Shown here: positions 57,038-64,000 of the stretch, piece by piece
Position numbering within the stretch: the first letter of the stretch is position 1
How the letters are laid out: each line of letters starts with the position of its first letter
NCBI GenBank assembly: GCA_016187465.1
Contig: JACPJQ010000004.1
Coordinates: forward strand, 7,092 to 71,091
Length of the DNA: 64,000 nt
Reading direction: 5' to 3'
Source of the DNA: Candidatus Woesearchaeota archaeon
GTDB lineage: Archaea > Nanobdellota > Nanobdellia > Woesearchaeales > GW2011-AR4
Translations under genes and position numbers: made by a program
Notes under the pieces: model-generated
What the model saw: only the letters and a program-made list of their open reading frames with translations
Databases searched by the model: none
What the model was told of the DNA's origin: nothing

Positions 57038-57247
57038 TTATTCTGATGATTTTTTCGCCAAATGAAGAAGGCAAAGAATAATTCCAAAAAATAAAACTAA
57101 AGCGACAATACCACTTAAAATTAAAGTTTTTTCATGTCTTTGTTGGTACCACCATAAAAAATTAGCAGAATAACTTCCAATAAACCCTAATAGTCCAAAA
57201 ATTAATCCCAATAATATTCCGAACCCGACATTTTTTTTGATATTCAT
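57038..57247 (-). CDS. Small 2-TM protein
   Basis: 69 aa, hydrophobic. Confidence 0.5.
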   Translation of the reverse strand: MNIKKNVGFGILLGLIFGLLGFIGSYSANFLWWYQQRHEKTLILSGIVALVLFFGIILCLLHLAKKSSE

Positions 57248-57285
57248 ATTTTTAATAATCGTTTAAAACCATTATTTAAACTTTC

Positions 57286-57939
57286 CTAAATCAACCCCAT
57301 CAAATTCAAAAACTGCTCTTTTGTACTACATTTAAAATAAGGATTTGTCTTCTTTTCCCTGCCAATTGTTGAAAACTGGATTTCGCCATAATTGTGCCCT
57401 GGGTAAACCTCAACATTGTCGCCTAATTTCTTTAATTTCTGCAAACTTTCAAACAATTTTATTGCATCCCCTCCAGCCAAGTCAGTCCTTCCTATAGCAT
57501 TGACAAACAAAGTATCGCCCGTTAGCAGCTTGTTTTCCACAAGAAGGCATATTGCCCCCGGAGTATGCCCGGGCGTATGGATGACTTTGATTTTTAAACT
57601 GCCTATTTTGATTTCATCGTTATTTTTTAGTTTTATAATTTTAATGCCGCTATTTTTGATGGATTTGTTTATTGACTCGGAGTCAAGTTCGTGAAAATAG
57701 ACAACTGCACTTGTTTTCTCTGACAATTCATTAACTTTCTGAACATGATCATAATGAGAATGTGTCAGAAGTACCTTATTTATTTTTAATTTCTCCTTAT
57801 TTGCAATGTCAATAAGCTTTTCAATTTCCCAGCCAGCGTCCACAACAGCTGCTTCCCTGCTATTTTCATCGCCTATTATGTAGCTGAAATTCTGCATTGG
57901 ACCGACTTGTATTTGCTTGAAGAACATGTTACTTGACAA
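57286..57939 (-). CDS. Metallo-beta-lactamase fold hydrolase (glyoxalase II-like)
   Basis: THSHYDH, HTPGHTPG, TGDTLF, PGH. Confidence 0.92.
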   Translation of the reverse strand: MSSNMFFKQIQVGPMQNFSYIIGDENSREAAVVDAGWEIEKLIDIANKEKLKINKVLLTHSHYDHVQKVNELSEKTSAVVYFHELDSESINKSIKNSGIKIIKLKNNDEIKIGSLKIKVIHTPGHTPGAICLLVENKLLTGDTLFVNAIGRTDLAGGDAIKLFESLQKLKKLGDNVEVYPGHNYGEIQFSTIGREKKTNPYFKCSTKEQFLNLMGLI

Positions 57940-58306
57940 ATTCTACATTCGACATTTTTTCAAATTGTTTATCTACTGTTAAGAATTTAAGATTATGCTT
58001 TAGCGCAAGAGTGTACCCAACAGAATCTGTAGAAGAAATGTTCTTATTTTTATTTAAATACCTAAAATAGACTGATTTTATCATGACTTCTGGAGAAATC
58101 TCCACCAGCTCAAAATTAAAATTTCCAAACCAATTATCAGCTTCTGCTTTTCCCTTTTCTCTTAATATTATATTGTACAGTTCTCCAATGTTCATTACAC
58201 TTGTGACTATTTTGAAATCCCCAAACCTTTCATAATTCGGGTTTTTCTTCATTAATTCAATTATCGCATAAGTATCAAAGAAATACATTTCAAAAACCAA
58301 AATCAA
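57929..58306 (-). CDS. vapC: PIN-domain (VapC) toxin
   Basis: FFDTYAIIE...E...STD...LTVDKQF. Confidence 0.85.
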   Translation of the reverse strand: MILVFEMYFFDTYAIIELMKKNPNYERFGDFKIVTSVMNIGELYNIILREKGKAEADNWFGNFNFELVEISPEVMIKSVYFRYLNKNKNISSTDSVGYTLALKHNLKFLTVDKQFEKMSNVEFVK

Positions 58307-58517
58307 ATTCTTTATCTACCTCCCTCATCAATTGCTCAGTAGGCTTATTAAATTTCATTATTCCAAAAATATCTCTTCCTTTTGTTATAGGTTTCGTGCT
58401 TATCATTAGTGTTATTTCCTGATCGGGCTTTATTTTTTCTTCTTTAACTACTTCTTTAGGTATTAAAACTCCTATAGAGTTGCCCCATTTCTTTGTTCTT
58501 GTTTTTATTTCCATCAT
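58290..58517 (-). CDS. vapB: AbrB/MazE-type antitoxin
   Basis: KKWGNSIGVLIPKE. Confidence 0.85.
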   Translation of the reverse strand: MMEIKTRTKKWGNSIGVLIPKEVVKEEKIKPDQEITLMISTKPITKGRDIFGIMKFNKPTEQLMREVDKEFDFGF

Positions 58518-58520
58518 AGA

Positions 58521-58538
58521 AGTTATACATGTATAACT
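58521..58538. promoter_or_regulatory. Perfect 18-bp palindrome just upstream of vapB (autoregulatory operator)
   Basis: AGTTATACATGTATAACT. Confidence 0.65.
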
Positions 58539-58617
58539 GATATATAAATGTTTCTTTACTTAATTTATTTTTTTCGGAGTTAAATTTATAAGTCGTTGCT
58601 GTTTATTGATAAATAAA

Positions 58618-58920
58618 ATGTATGCAGGTAAACTACAGGTAAATCAGGATTCAGGCAATCCCGGGAAAGACCCAAAAAACTGCTTTTTTATTTGGAATGA
58701 GCCTATTGGCGTTCTGCAACTTTCTACAAACCCAAGCGACTTAGAAGGGCTTTTGGCAGGAATAAAACTTTCGGAAGAAGGTGTGAGTATAGAATTATCA
58801 AGACCGCCTCTGCAAAAAGAGCCTGTAATATTCTTAGGTGTTAAAAGAATAGAGCCAGTTCCTGGATTAAAAGATGAAGATTATTTATGGAAACCAGACT
58901 ACATTAAAATTGTATCATAA
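58618..58920 (+). CDS. Hypothetical protein
   Basis: ~100-aa open frame filling the gap between vapB and trmI. Confidence 0.45.
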   Translation: MYAGKLQVNQDSGNPGKDPKNCFFIWNEPIGVLQLSTNPSDLEGLLAGIKLSEEGVSIELSRPPLQKEPVIFLGVKRIEPVPGLKDEDYLWKPDYIKIVS

Positions 58921-59664
58921 ATTTCCAGTTACTTTCCTTCCAAAACTCAAAAATCCAGAATGCCCCAGGCCCTGGCTTTTTGGCCTTACCTTTCGCTCTT
59001 CGACTTCCCATTCTCTTTCTGCAATCTCAACTGTTTTCAAATAAACGAAATTTTCATTTTTTCTCAAGGCATTGACAAAATCAGCAACTTGGGGAACAGA
59101 AGGGCTGTAAGACACTATAAAGCCGCCCGGTTTTAGGGCTTTTGAGCAGCTTTCAGTTGCGTTCCATGGCTCAGGCAAGTCCAATATGATCACATCGATG
59201 TTTTTGTCATCTATTTCTTTATAGATATCTTTATTTTTTATTTTAATGTTCTTAAGCCCTAAGAACTCAATATTCGACTTAACAATCTCAATGAAGTCCT
59301 CCCTTATTTCGTATGTAACCACTTCTTTTGCAATTGATGCAAGAAAGCATGATAATGCCCCTGAGCCAGCGCCAGCATCAAGGACTTTGCTTTGCCTGTT
59401 AATCCCAGTTTCTGCAATTATAAACCCAATGTCCTTCAAAGGTATTATCTGCGCATCCCGCTTTATTTTCCTGTACAAATCAATAAAATAAGGGCTGAAA
59501 ATAAAGAATTCCCTGCCTGTGTTTGATTTTAGCAGGCTGCCGTCTTTTGCCTTCAGGTCATCTTTTTTTATAAAGCCGTATTGGGTGTGCAAATCCTCGT
59601 TAAGATTTTTTGCGTAGAATTTTTTCCCTTGTCTTGTTATAAGCACTTTTCTTATTGAAGCCAT
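58915..59664 (-). CDS. trmI: tRNA (adenine-57/58-N1)-methyltransferase
   Basis: AQII.LKD, VLDAGAGSGALS, YEIREDF, LDLPEPW, VRP...HSGFL. Confidence 0.93.
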   Translation of the reverse strand: MASIRKVLITRQGKKFYAKNLNEDLHTQYGFIKKDDLKAKDGSLLKSNTGREFFIFSPYFIDLYRKIKRDAQIIPLKDIGFIIAETGINRQSKVLDAGAGSGALSCFLASIAKEVVTYEIREDFIEIVKSNIEFLGLKNIKIKNKDIYKEIDDKNIDVIILDLPEPWNATESCSKALKPGGFIVSYSPSVPQVADFVNALRKNENFVYLKTVEIAEREWEVEERKVRPKSQGLGHSGFLSFGRKVTGNL

Positions 59665-59717
59665 AGAATAGCATAGAAAAATCTAGCCTATAAAAATTTA
59701 ATTAAAATAAAGCGAAC

Positions 59718-59942
59718 TTACTTCCTGCCTTTTTTCATCTCGCCTTTGCAGTGGCCGCACGAAGGCATTGTCAATTTCATAATGCCCTTCAGCACAAGCA
59801 GCAGGGCCAGCACGTACCATATGAAGTATACGTTGCTGGTGGCTTTTGCGTACCATGTTGATGCAAAAAGCACCACTCCAAATATTATGAATTTTCCAGC
59901 CCAGCATTTCGAGCATACGCCGTCGTGGCATGTTTGATCCAT
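59718..59942 (-). CDS. 74-aa 2-TM protein with Cys clusters at both ends
   Basis: CHDGVCSKC...TM-TM...CGHC; AGGAGGTG RBS. Confidence 0.7.
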   Translation of the reverse strand: MDQTCHDGVCSKCWAGKFIIFGVVLFASTWYAKATSNVYFIWYVLALLLVLKGIMKLTMPSCGHCKGEMKKGRK

Positions 59943-60006
59943 TAAAACACCTCCTTTTGCTTAATTTCCATGCTCTTAAATTAAAGATTTAAAAACTTTG
60001 TGATTT

Positions 60007-60027
60007 AAAAACGGGCCAGGGAAGATT
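60007..60027 (-). repeat. 21-bp direct repeat of the tRNA-Arg 3' end (att-like)
   Basis: AAAAACGGGCCAGGGAAGATT, also at 60109..60129. Confidence 0.8.
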
Positions 60028-60113
60028 CCCACCAACCTTTTGAGAAAAGCCTGTGGAAAACCATGTAATGCGTAATCTGCGATTACGCGGAACGATTGAG
60101 ATTACTGAAAAAA

Positions 60114-60228
60114 CGGGCCAGGGAAGATTTGAACTCCCGACCTTCTGCTTGCTTCAAAACCAAATGGTTTGAAATAGAAGGCAGACGCTCTGTTTGGGAT
60201 TGCTCTATCCAAGCTGAGCTACTGGCCC
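60114..60228 (-). tRNA. tRNA-Arg(UCU) with two introns (15 nt in D-loop, 60192..60206; 25 nt at 37/38, 60150..60174)
   Basis: Spliced GGGCCAG TA GCTC AGCTTGGATA GAGC G TCTGC CTTCTAA GCAGA AGGTC GGGAG TTCAAAT CTTCC CTGGCCC G. Confidence 0.92.
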
Positions 60229-60394
60229 ATAAGAAGAAAGAATACAGGGAATTGTTTATAAAAGTTATTGATAAATTTCCTCTTAATTCTGTCCATTGAA
60301 ACTATTTAACAAAACTGAATAAGTACTATAATCTGCAGGTTTAACATAAAAGTAATTATAATAAATAATTAAAATTGCCATAATTAAAACAAAA

Positions 60395-60533
60395 TATAGT
60401 AAAGGACACAAGTTTTTAGACATAAATATGTCCTTTACTTGTCAAAAATTTCACGTATTTATTATAAATTGATGAAATTTTTGAGCACTCGAAAACCCGT
60501 AAGGTTTTCTTTGTATTACGAACGGACAACTAT
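60395..60533. mobile_element. 139-bp MITE-like composite element, copy 3
   Basis: Identical by eye to copies 1 and 2. Confidence 0.85.
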
Positions 60534-60648
60534 TGCTTTCGTTTCACTTTAAGGTCTATTGCCCATCCAATAGTATATCCGACTGCTTCCAAAATCTCTT
60601 GCCAGAAATCCATTGTGACTGAATTCTTAAAATCAATTTTGTACTCTA

Positions 60649-61599
60649 TCAATAAATCAGCTCGTTTTTATGCTTGGTTATATAATCCTTAAAATTGTTC
60701 ACAAAATTTGGCATCATGTTTAAAGTGCGGTATTCAGCCTCGGCAAAATGCTCAATTTTGACATTTTTAATTTTTTCTCCGACGATTTTTATCTTTTTTT
60801 CGTCAAACAAATAATCTTTTCTTTTCCTTGCATAGTATATTGTTGACAGATTTTCAACATCCAAGCCAATCAAACTGCACATCACAAAATCCAAAGCAAC
60901 CGCATCTCCTGAAGCTCCGAGAATGCCGGCAAATTTCGGATTTCCGCCGCAAGGGCCGTTTCCTTCCATTCCGTAAACGCCGTCTATGATATTCAATGCA
61001 GCTTTTTTTCTTAGCAATGAATAAAGATCGAGAAGCATGTTTGCAAAATATTCAATGTTGGAGTACTTCAAATGATAAAATCCTCTTCTTGGGCCCGGCA
61101 TAATGCTGTACAGGTTCTTCACAGCACCGGTAAAATAAAGCTGGGAATGTGTTTTCAGTTTTGGTATATTGATTATAGCATCAACCTCATTAAAATGATG
61201 AGTCAACGGGAATTCCCTGACAACAAGGGCTTTTTCATTTAAACCATTTATTTTCTTGTCAAAAACTGCGATTTCAAGGTTATTCTTTTTGCAAACATCA
61301 TAAATGCCGCAAATTTTCATAGCCTCAATTACATCTTCAGAGAACGGATTGTCACCAACAAGTATTTCGCAATTTTGCTCCTTTAAAATTTTTATTACCG
61401 CTTCAATTACGGCAGGGTGTGTTGTTCCGGATTCTTCAGGCCCCATTCCAGTGACAATGTTGGGCTTTAGAAGGACTTTCTGGCCGTTTTTGATAAATTT
61501 TGAAATCCCGCCAAGATTATCAAGAAGTTTTCTTGCTGATGCGTCTACATCTTTTTGACTGTAAGAACTGCATTTTGCTAAACTTACTGCATAGGACAT
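60649..61599 (-). CDS. DUF362 family protein
   Basis: VLLKPN, TTHPAV, INIPKLKTH, TGAVKNLY, GMEGNGP. Confidence 0.9.
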   Translation of the reverse strand: MSYAVSLAKCSSYSQKDVDASARKLLDNLGGISKFIKNGQKVLLKPNIVTGMGPEESGTTHPAVIEAVIKILKEQNCEILVGDNPFSEDVIEAMKICGIYDVCKKNNLEIAVFDKKINGLNEKALVVREFPLTHHFNEVDAIINIPKLKTHSQLYFTGAVKNLYSIMPGPRRGFYHLKYSNIEYFANMLLDLYSLLRKKAALNIIDGVYGMEGNGPCGGNPKFAGILGASGDAVALDFVMCSLIGLDVENLSTIYYARKRKDYLFDEKKIKIVGEKIKNVKIEHFAEAEYRTLNMMPNFVNNFKDYITKHKNELIY

Positions 61600-61631
61600 G
61601 GAGATTAAGTATAAATTATTGTTTAAATAGT

Positions 61632-61790
61632 TTATTGCGTTAGGGCTTCATCCCAGGAACCGACCCACATCGTGCAGTGCTTCTTGCCTTCCCAATAGTA
61701 CCAGCACTGCTTGCCGAATTTTTCCCAGCGAACGCAGCCGACGCAGCATGCCGGAACATTAGATTTTTTTTCAGGTTTTTGCTCTGGCAT
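61632..61790 (-). CDS. 52-aa Cys/Trp-rich micro-protein
   Basis: MPEQKPEKKSNVPACCVGCVRWEKFGKQCWYYWEGKKHCTMWVGSWDEALTQ. Confidence 0.7.
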   Translation of the reverse strand: MPEQKPEKKSNVPACCVGCVRWEKFGKQCWYYWEGKKHCTMWVGSWDEALTQ

Positions 61791-61877
61791 TTTTAATTAA
61801 TTTATTTTTTTATTGGTTTTTAGTTAATGTTCAATCGTTATTGGATTTTTTGTTATCCACTTACTTTTATTGAATTT

Positions 61878-62966
61878 TTAATCCAAAAACTGCTGCTTCT
61901 TTATCTTCTCGGGCAAATACTTGTCAGATATAAATGTTATGCCTTTTGACGACAATGCCTGGATTTCCAGCTTTGCACCAAAATCCTTCATCATCTTGAA
62001 CTGGCGCTGCCATTCCTTGTTCTTCCTGAACCAGTCATAATCAGAAATCTGCTTCAGCCTTGTCAAGTCAACATCCTTGAATTTTATAAAGTGCTTTTTC
62101 AGGTCATAATTGGCAACGTCGTCTGCTGTAACGCCAAGGAATTTTGCATTCTGCAGCGTCATTGACTCTGACATGTGGGCAAGGTTAATAGAGCCGAATT
62201 TCAAAACAGAGTAAATGTAAAAACCCCAAGGATCAAAATCCGCAAGAACATAAATAGGCAAATCATGCTCCTGTGACAGGCGCTGCAGCAGTCTTCTTAT
62301 GCCTCTTGTTGTCTGGCCCTGGGAAGTTACGATAATGCAGCTTTGCTTTTCCCAAAATTTGTCTTCATGAAGCCTCTCCCAAACAGCCTGCTTCTCCATG
62401 TAGATAACATACTTTGCCTTTACGCTCTTGAATTCTATATCTTCAACATTAGACGGTATGCTCCATCCTCCTGAACCAAGCTTTGCCCAGTTTATTGTGT
62501 CGCCAGCGTCTTCAATAATTACATTGCCCGCAACAGAGCCCATCTTGTTTGCATTTATGTTGAGCTGCTCTCTTGACAAATCAGTTATCAGCTCTAAGTC
62601 TTCCAGAGCCTTGTCGCTTTCGGTCTGGTCATCAACAATGTTGATATTGGAAGCTGGGATTGTCCTTTTGGCCATGTAAAAAACATCCCTTAAGCTGGCA
62701 TGCTTGCTGACGTCAAGCAGATTCCTGCTTATCTTGGCAACTTCAAGAGTCTGCAAAAACTTTTTTGCGTGGCCGACATTAAAGAAAGTTCTTTGCTGCT
62801 GCTTTTCCCCAAGGCCAAGCGTTTTTGTTTTTGTGTCGTATACTACATTAGACAAGCTCCTCACGCTGAACTCAATAGTCGGATTGCGGCCTTTTTCAAT
62901 GTCTGCGACAAGCTTTCTTCCGAAATCCTCCAATTCCTTAACTGGTTTCTTATTTTGCTTCTTCAT
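61878..62966 (-). CDS. top6A: DNA topoisomerase VI subunit A
   Basis: SLRDVFY (catalytic Tyr), EK, DFDPWG, KLEIQAL. Confidence 0.96.
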   Translation of the reverse strand: MKKQNKKPVKELEDFGRKLVADIEKGRNPTIEFSVRSLSNVVYDTKTKTLGLGEKQQQRTFFNVGHAKKFLQTLEVAKISRNLLDVSKHASLRDVFYMAKRTIPASNINIVDDQTESDKALEDLELITDLSREQLNINANKMGSVAGNVIIEDAGDTINWAKLGSGGWSIPSNVEDIEFKSVKAKYVIYMEKQAVWERLHEDKFWEKQSCIIVTSQGQTTRGIRRLLQRLSQEHDLPIYVLADFDPWGFYIYSVLKFGSINLAHMSESMTLQNAKFLGVTADDVANYDLKKHFIKFKDVDLTRLKQISDYDWFRKNKEWQRQFKMMKDFGAKLEIQALSSKGITFISDKYLPEKIKKQQFLD

Positions 62967-63191
62967 TTTGCGATTTGGTTATTTCTAATTGAGTTTTTTA
63001 ATTTGTTTTTATTGAATTTGTCATGTTTTTTTTAAGTTAATGTTCATCGTTATTGAATTTTTCATTGTTGGGTTGTTTTTATTGAAATTAGATCCGCCTT
63101 GGCAAAATTTACTCTGGCAGCTGTTAAGCGAGTTTCTCGCGGACATCGCATGTCACTGGTATAAATCATGCTCGCTATATATACATCACTA

Positions 63192-64000
63192 TCATTCGCC
63201 TTCTGGACTTTCTGGAGACCCTTTTTTAGTAAACTCCATTTTGTACAGTTTATCGTCAGCGTCCTCCTCCACAATCTCCTTTTTTATTTCAGGCTTGACA
63301 AGCATCTTCTGCAGCCCCTGCAGTATCTTTTCCTTTTTCTCTTTTGTCAGAACCGACAGAGAGTCTGCAATCTCGGGAATGTACTTCTCAAACATGTTGG
63401 CCCTCTCGATCTGCTCTGAAATCCTGTATTTTTTCCTTACGTAAGTGCCGAGCAGTCTTCCGCATTCCTGCAGTGCCAGCTTTATTTCCTTTATTATTTC
63501 GGGATAATGCGCAATAGCTTCTTTGCTTTCGCTTGTGAACGGCACCCATACAGATGCCATGTGGACAACAATAACAACAGGGCCGAATGGAACAGAATCG
63601 CCTGACTGCTGCAGGCCATAAGGCTTCCAATTGGTTTCCATTATTGAGTTCGTCATTGCGCATGCGCCTTCCTGATACAGCAAAGGCACCCTGTTAGCAA
63701 ACCTAAGGATGTTGGCTTTTTCCTCTTTTGGTATTTCGCCGCCAAACGCGACTGCTGCCTCTAGGATAAACGGATTCCCCCTGTAAACAGACGGCGCTCT
63801 TGATGTTGCAGCATAGAATTCCGCCCTTATTTCCTTTCTCAAGCCCTTTTCAAGCAATTCTTCTCCGATAGGGCTTAAGCAGTCTGTTGGAGGTGCGATT
63901 ATTTTTGTTTTTTGTATGCCCTGCAGCAGTTTCTCCGCTATGTCCCTGCTTACTTCAGCAGGCTTTGTGTTTGGAAGAACGGCAGCATGCTCACAAATTT
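63192..64000 (-). CDS. top6B: DNA topoisomerase VI subunit B (5' part outside the window)
   Basis: PPTDCLSPIG, RFANRVPLLY, VPFTSESKEAIA. Confidence 0.96.
   Translation of the reverse strand, partial: ICEHAAVLPNTKPAEVSRDIAEKLLQGIQKTKIIAPPTDCLSPIGEELLEKGLRKEIRAEFYAATSRAPSVYRGNPFILEAAVAFGGEIPKEEKANILRFANRVPLLYQEGACAMTNSIMETNWKPYGLQQSGDSVPFGPVVIVVHMASVWVPFTSESKEAIAHYPEIIKEIKLALQECGRLLGTYVRKKYRISEQIERANMFEKYIPEIADSLSVLTKEKKEKILQGLQKMLVKPEIKKEIVEEDADDKLYKMEFTKKGSPESPEGE

Noticed and set aside
60096..60299. 67-aa ORF
   Set aside because: It lies antisense to the intron-containing tRNA-Arg.
47047..60533. CRISPR array interpretation of the repeats
   Set aside because: Copies are kilobases apart, there is no repeat-spacer periodicity, and there are no cas genes.

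Overview
Archaeal chromosomal window, most consistent with a DPANN (Woesearchaeota-like) genome. Evidence: fibrillarin/Nop5, topoisomerase VI A/B, ABCE1/Rli1, deoxyhypusine synthase, TrmI, archaeal SecDF, TATA-type promoters, and two tRNAs that each carry two BHB-type introns. The first ~17.7 kb is a dense, mostly minus-strand extracytoplasmic metal/thiol-redox cluster. It holds 3 CcdA/DsbD-type membrane proteins, a TlpA-like thioredoxin, a rhodanese lipoprotein, 2 stand-alone CuA cupredoxins and a VIT1/CCC1 transporter. It also holds 4 paralogs of an exported multi-His protein, 2 paralogs of a membrane protein with a CxYCCG...CGCxH cluster, several Cys/Met/His micro-proteins, and a divergent BlaI/CopY repressor plus a Met/Cys-rich M56/M48 protease. 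Three of its transcription units share a fixed-spacing ~85-bp upstream element. The rest is housekeeping genes mixed with toxin-antitoxin pieces, a truncated MvaI/BcnI endonuclease and an SLT-type lytic transglycosylase. Intergenic DNA holds two families of hairpin elements that are nested inside each other and show compensatory base changes; one copy supplies the glmS start codon and another overlaps the pyrG C-terminus. All calls come from reading the sequence by eye; no searches were run.
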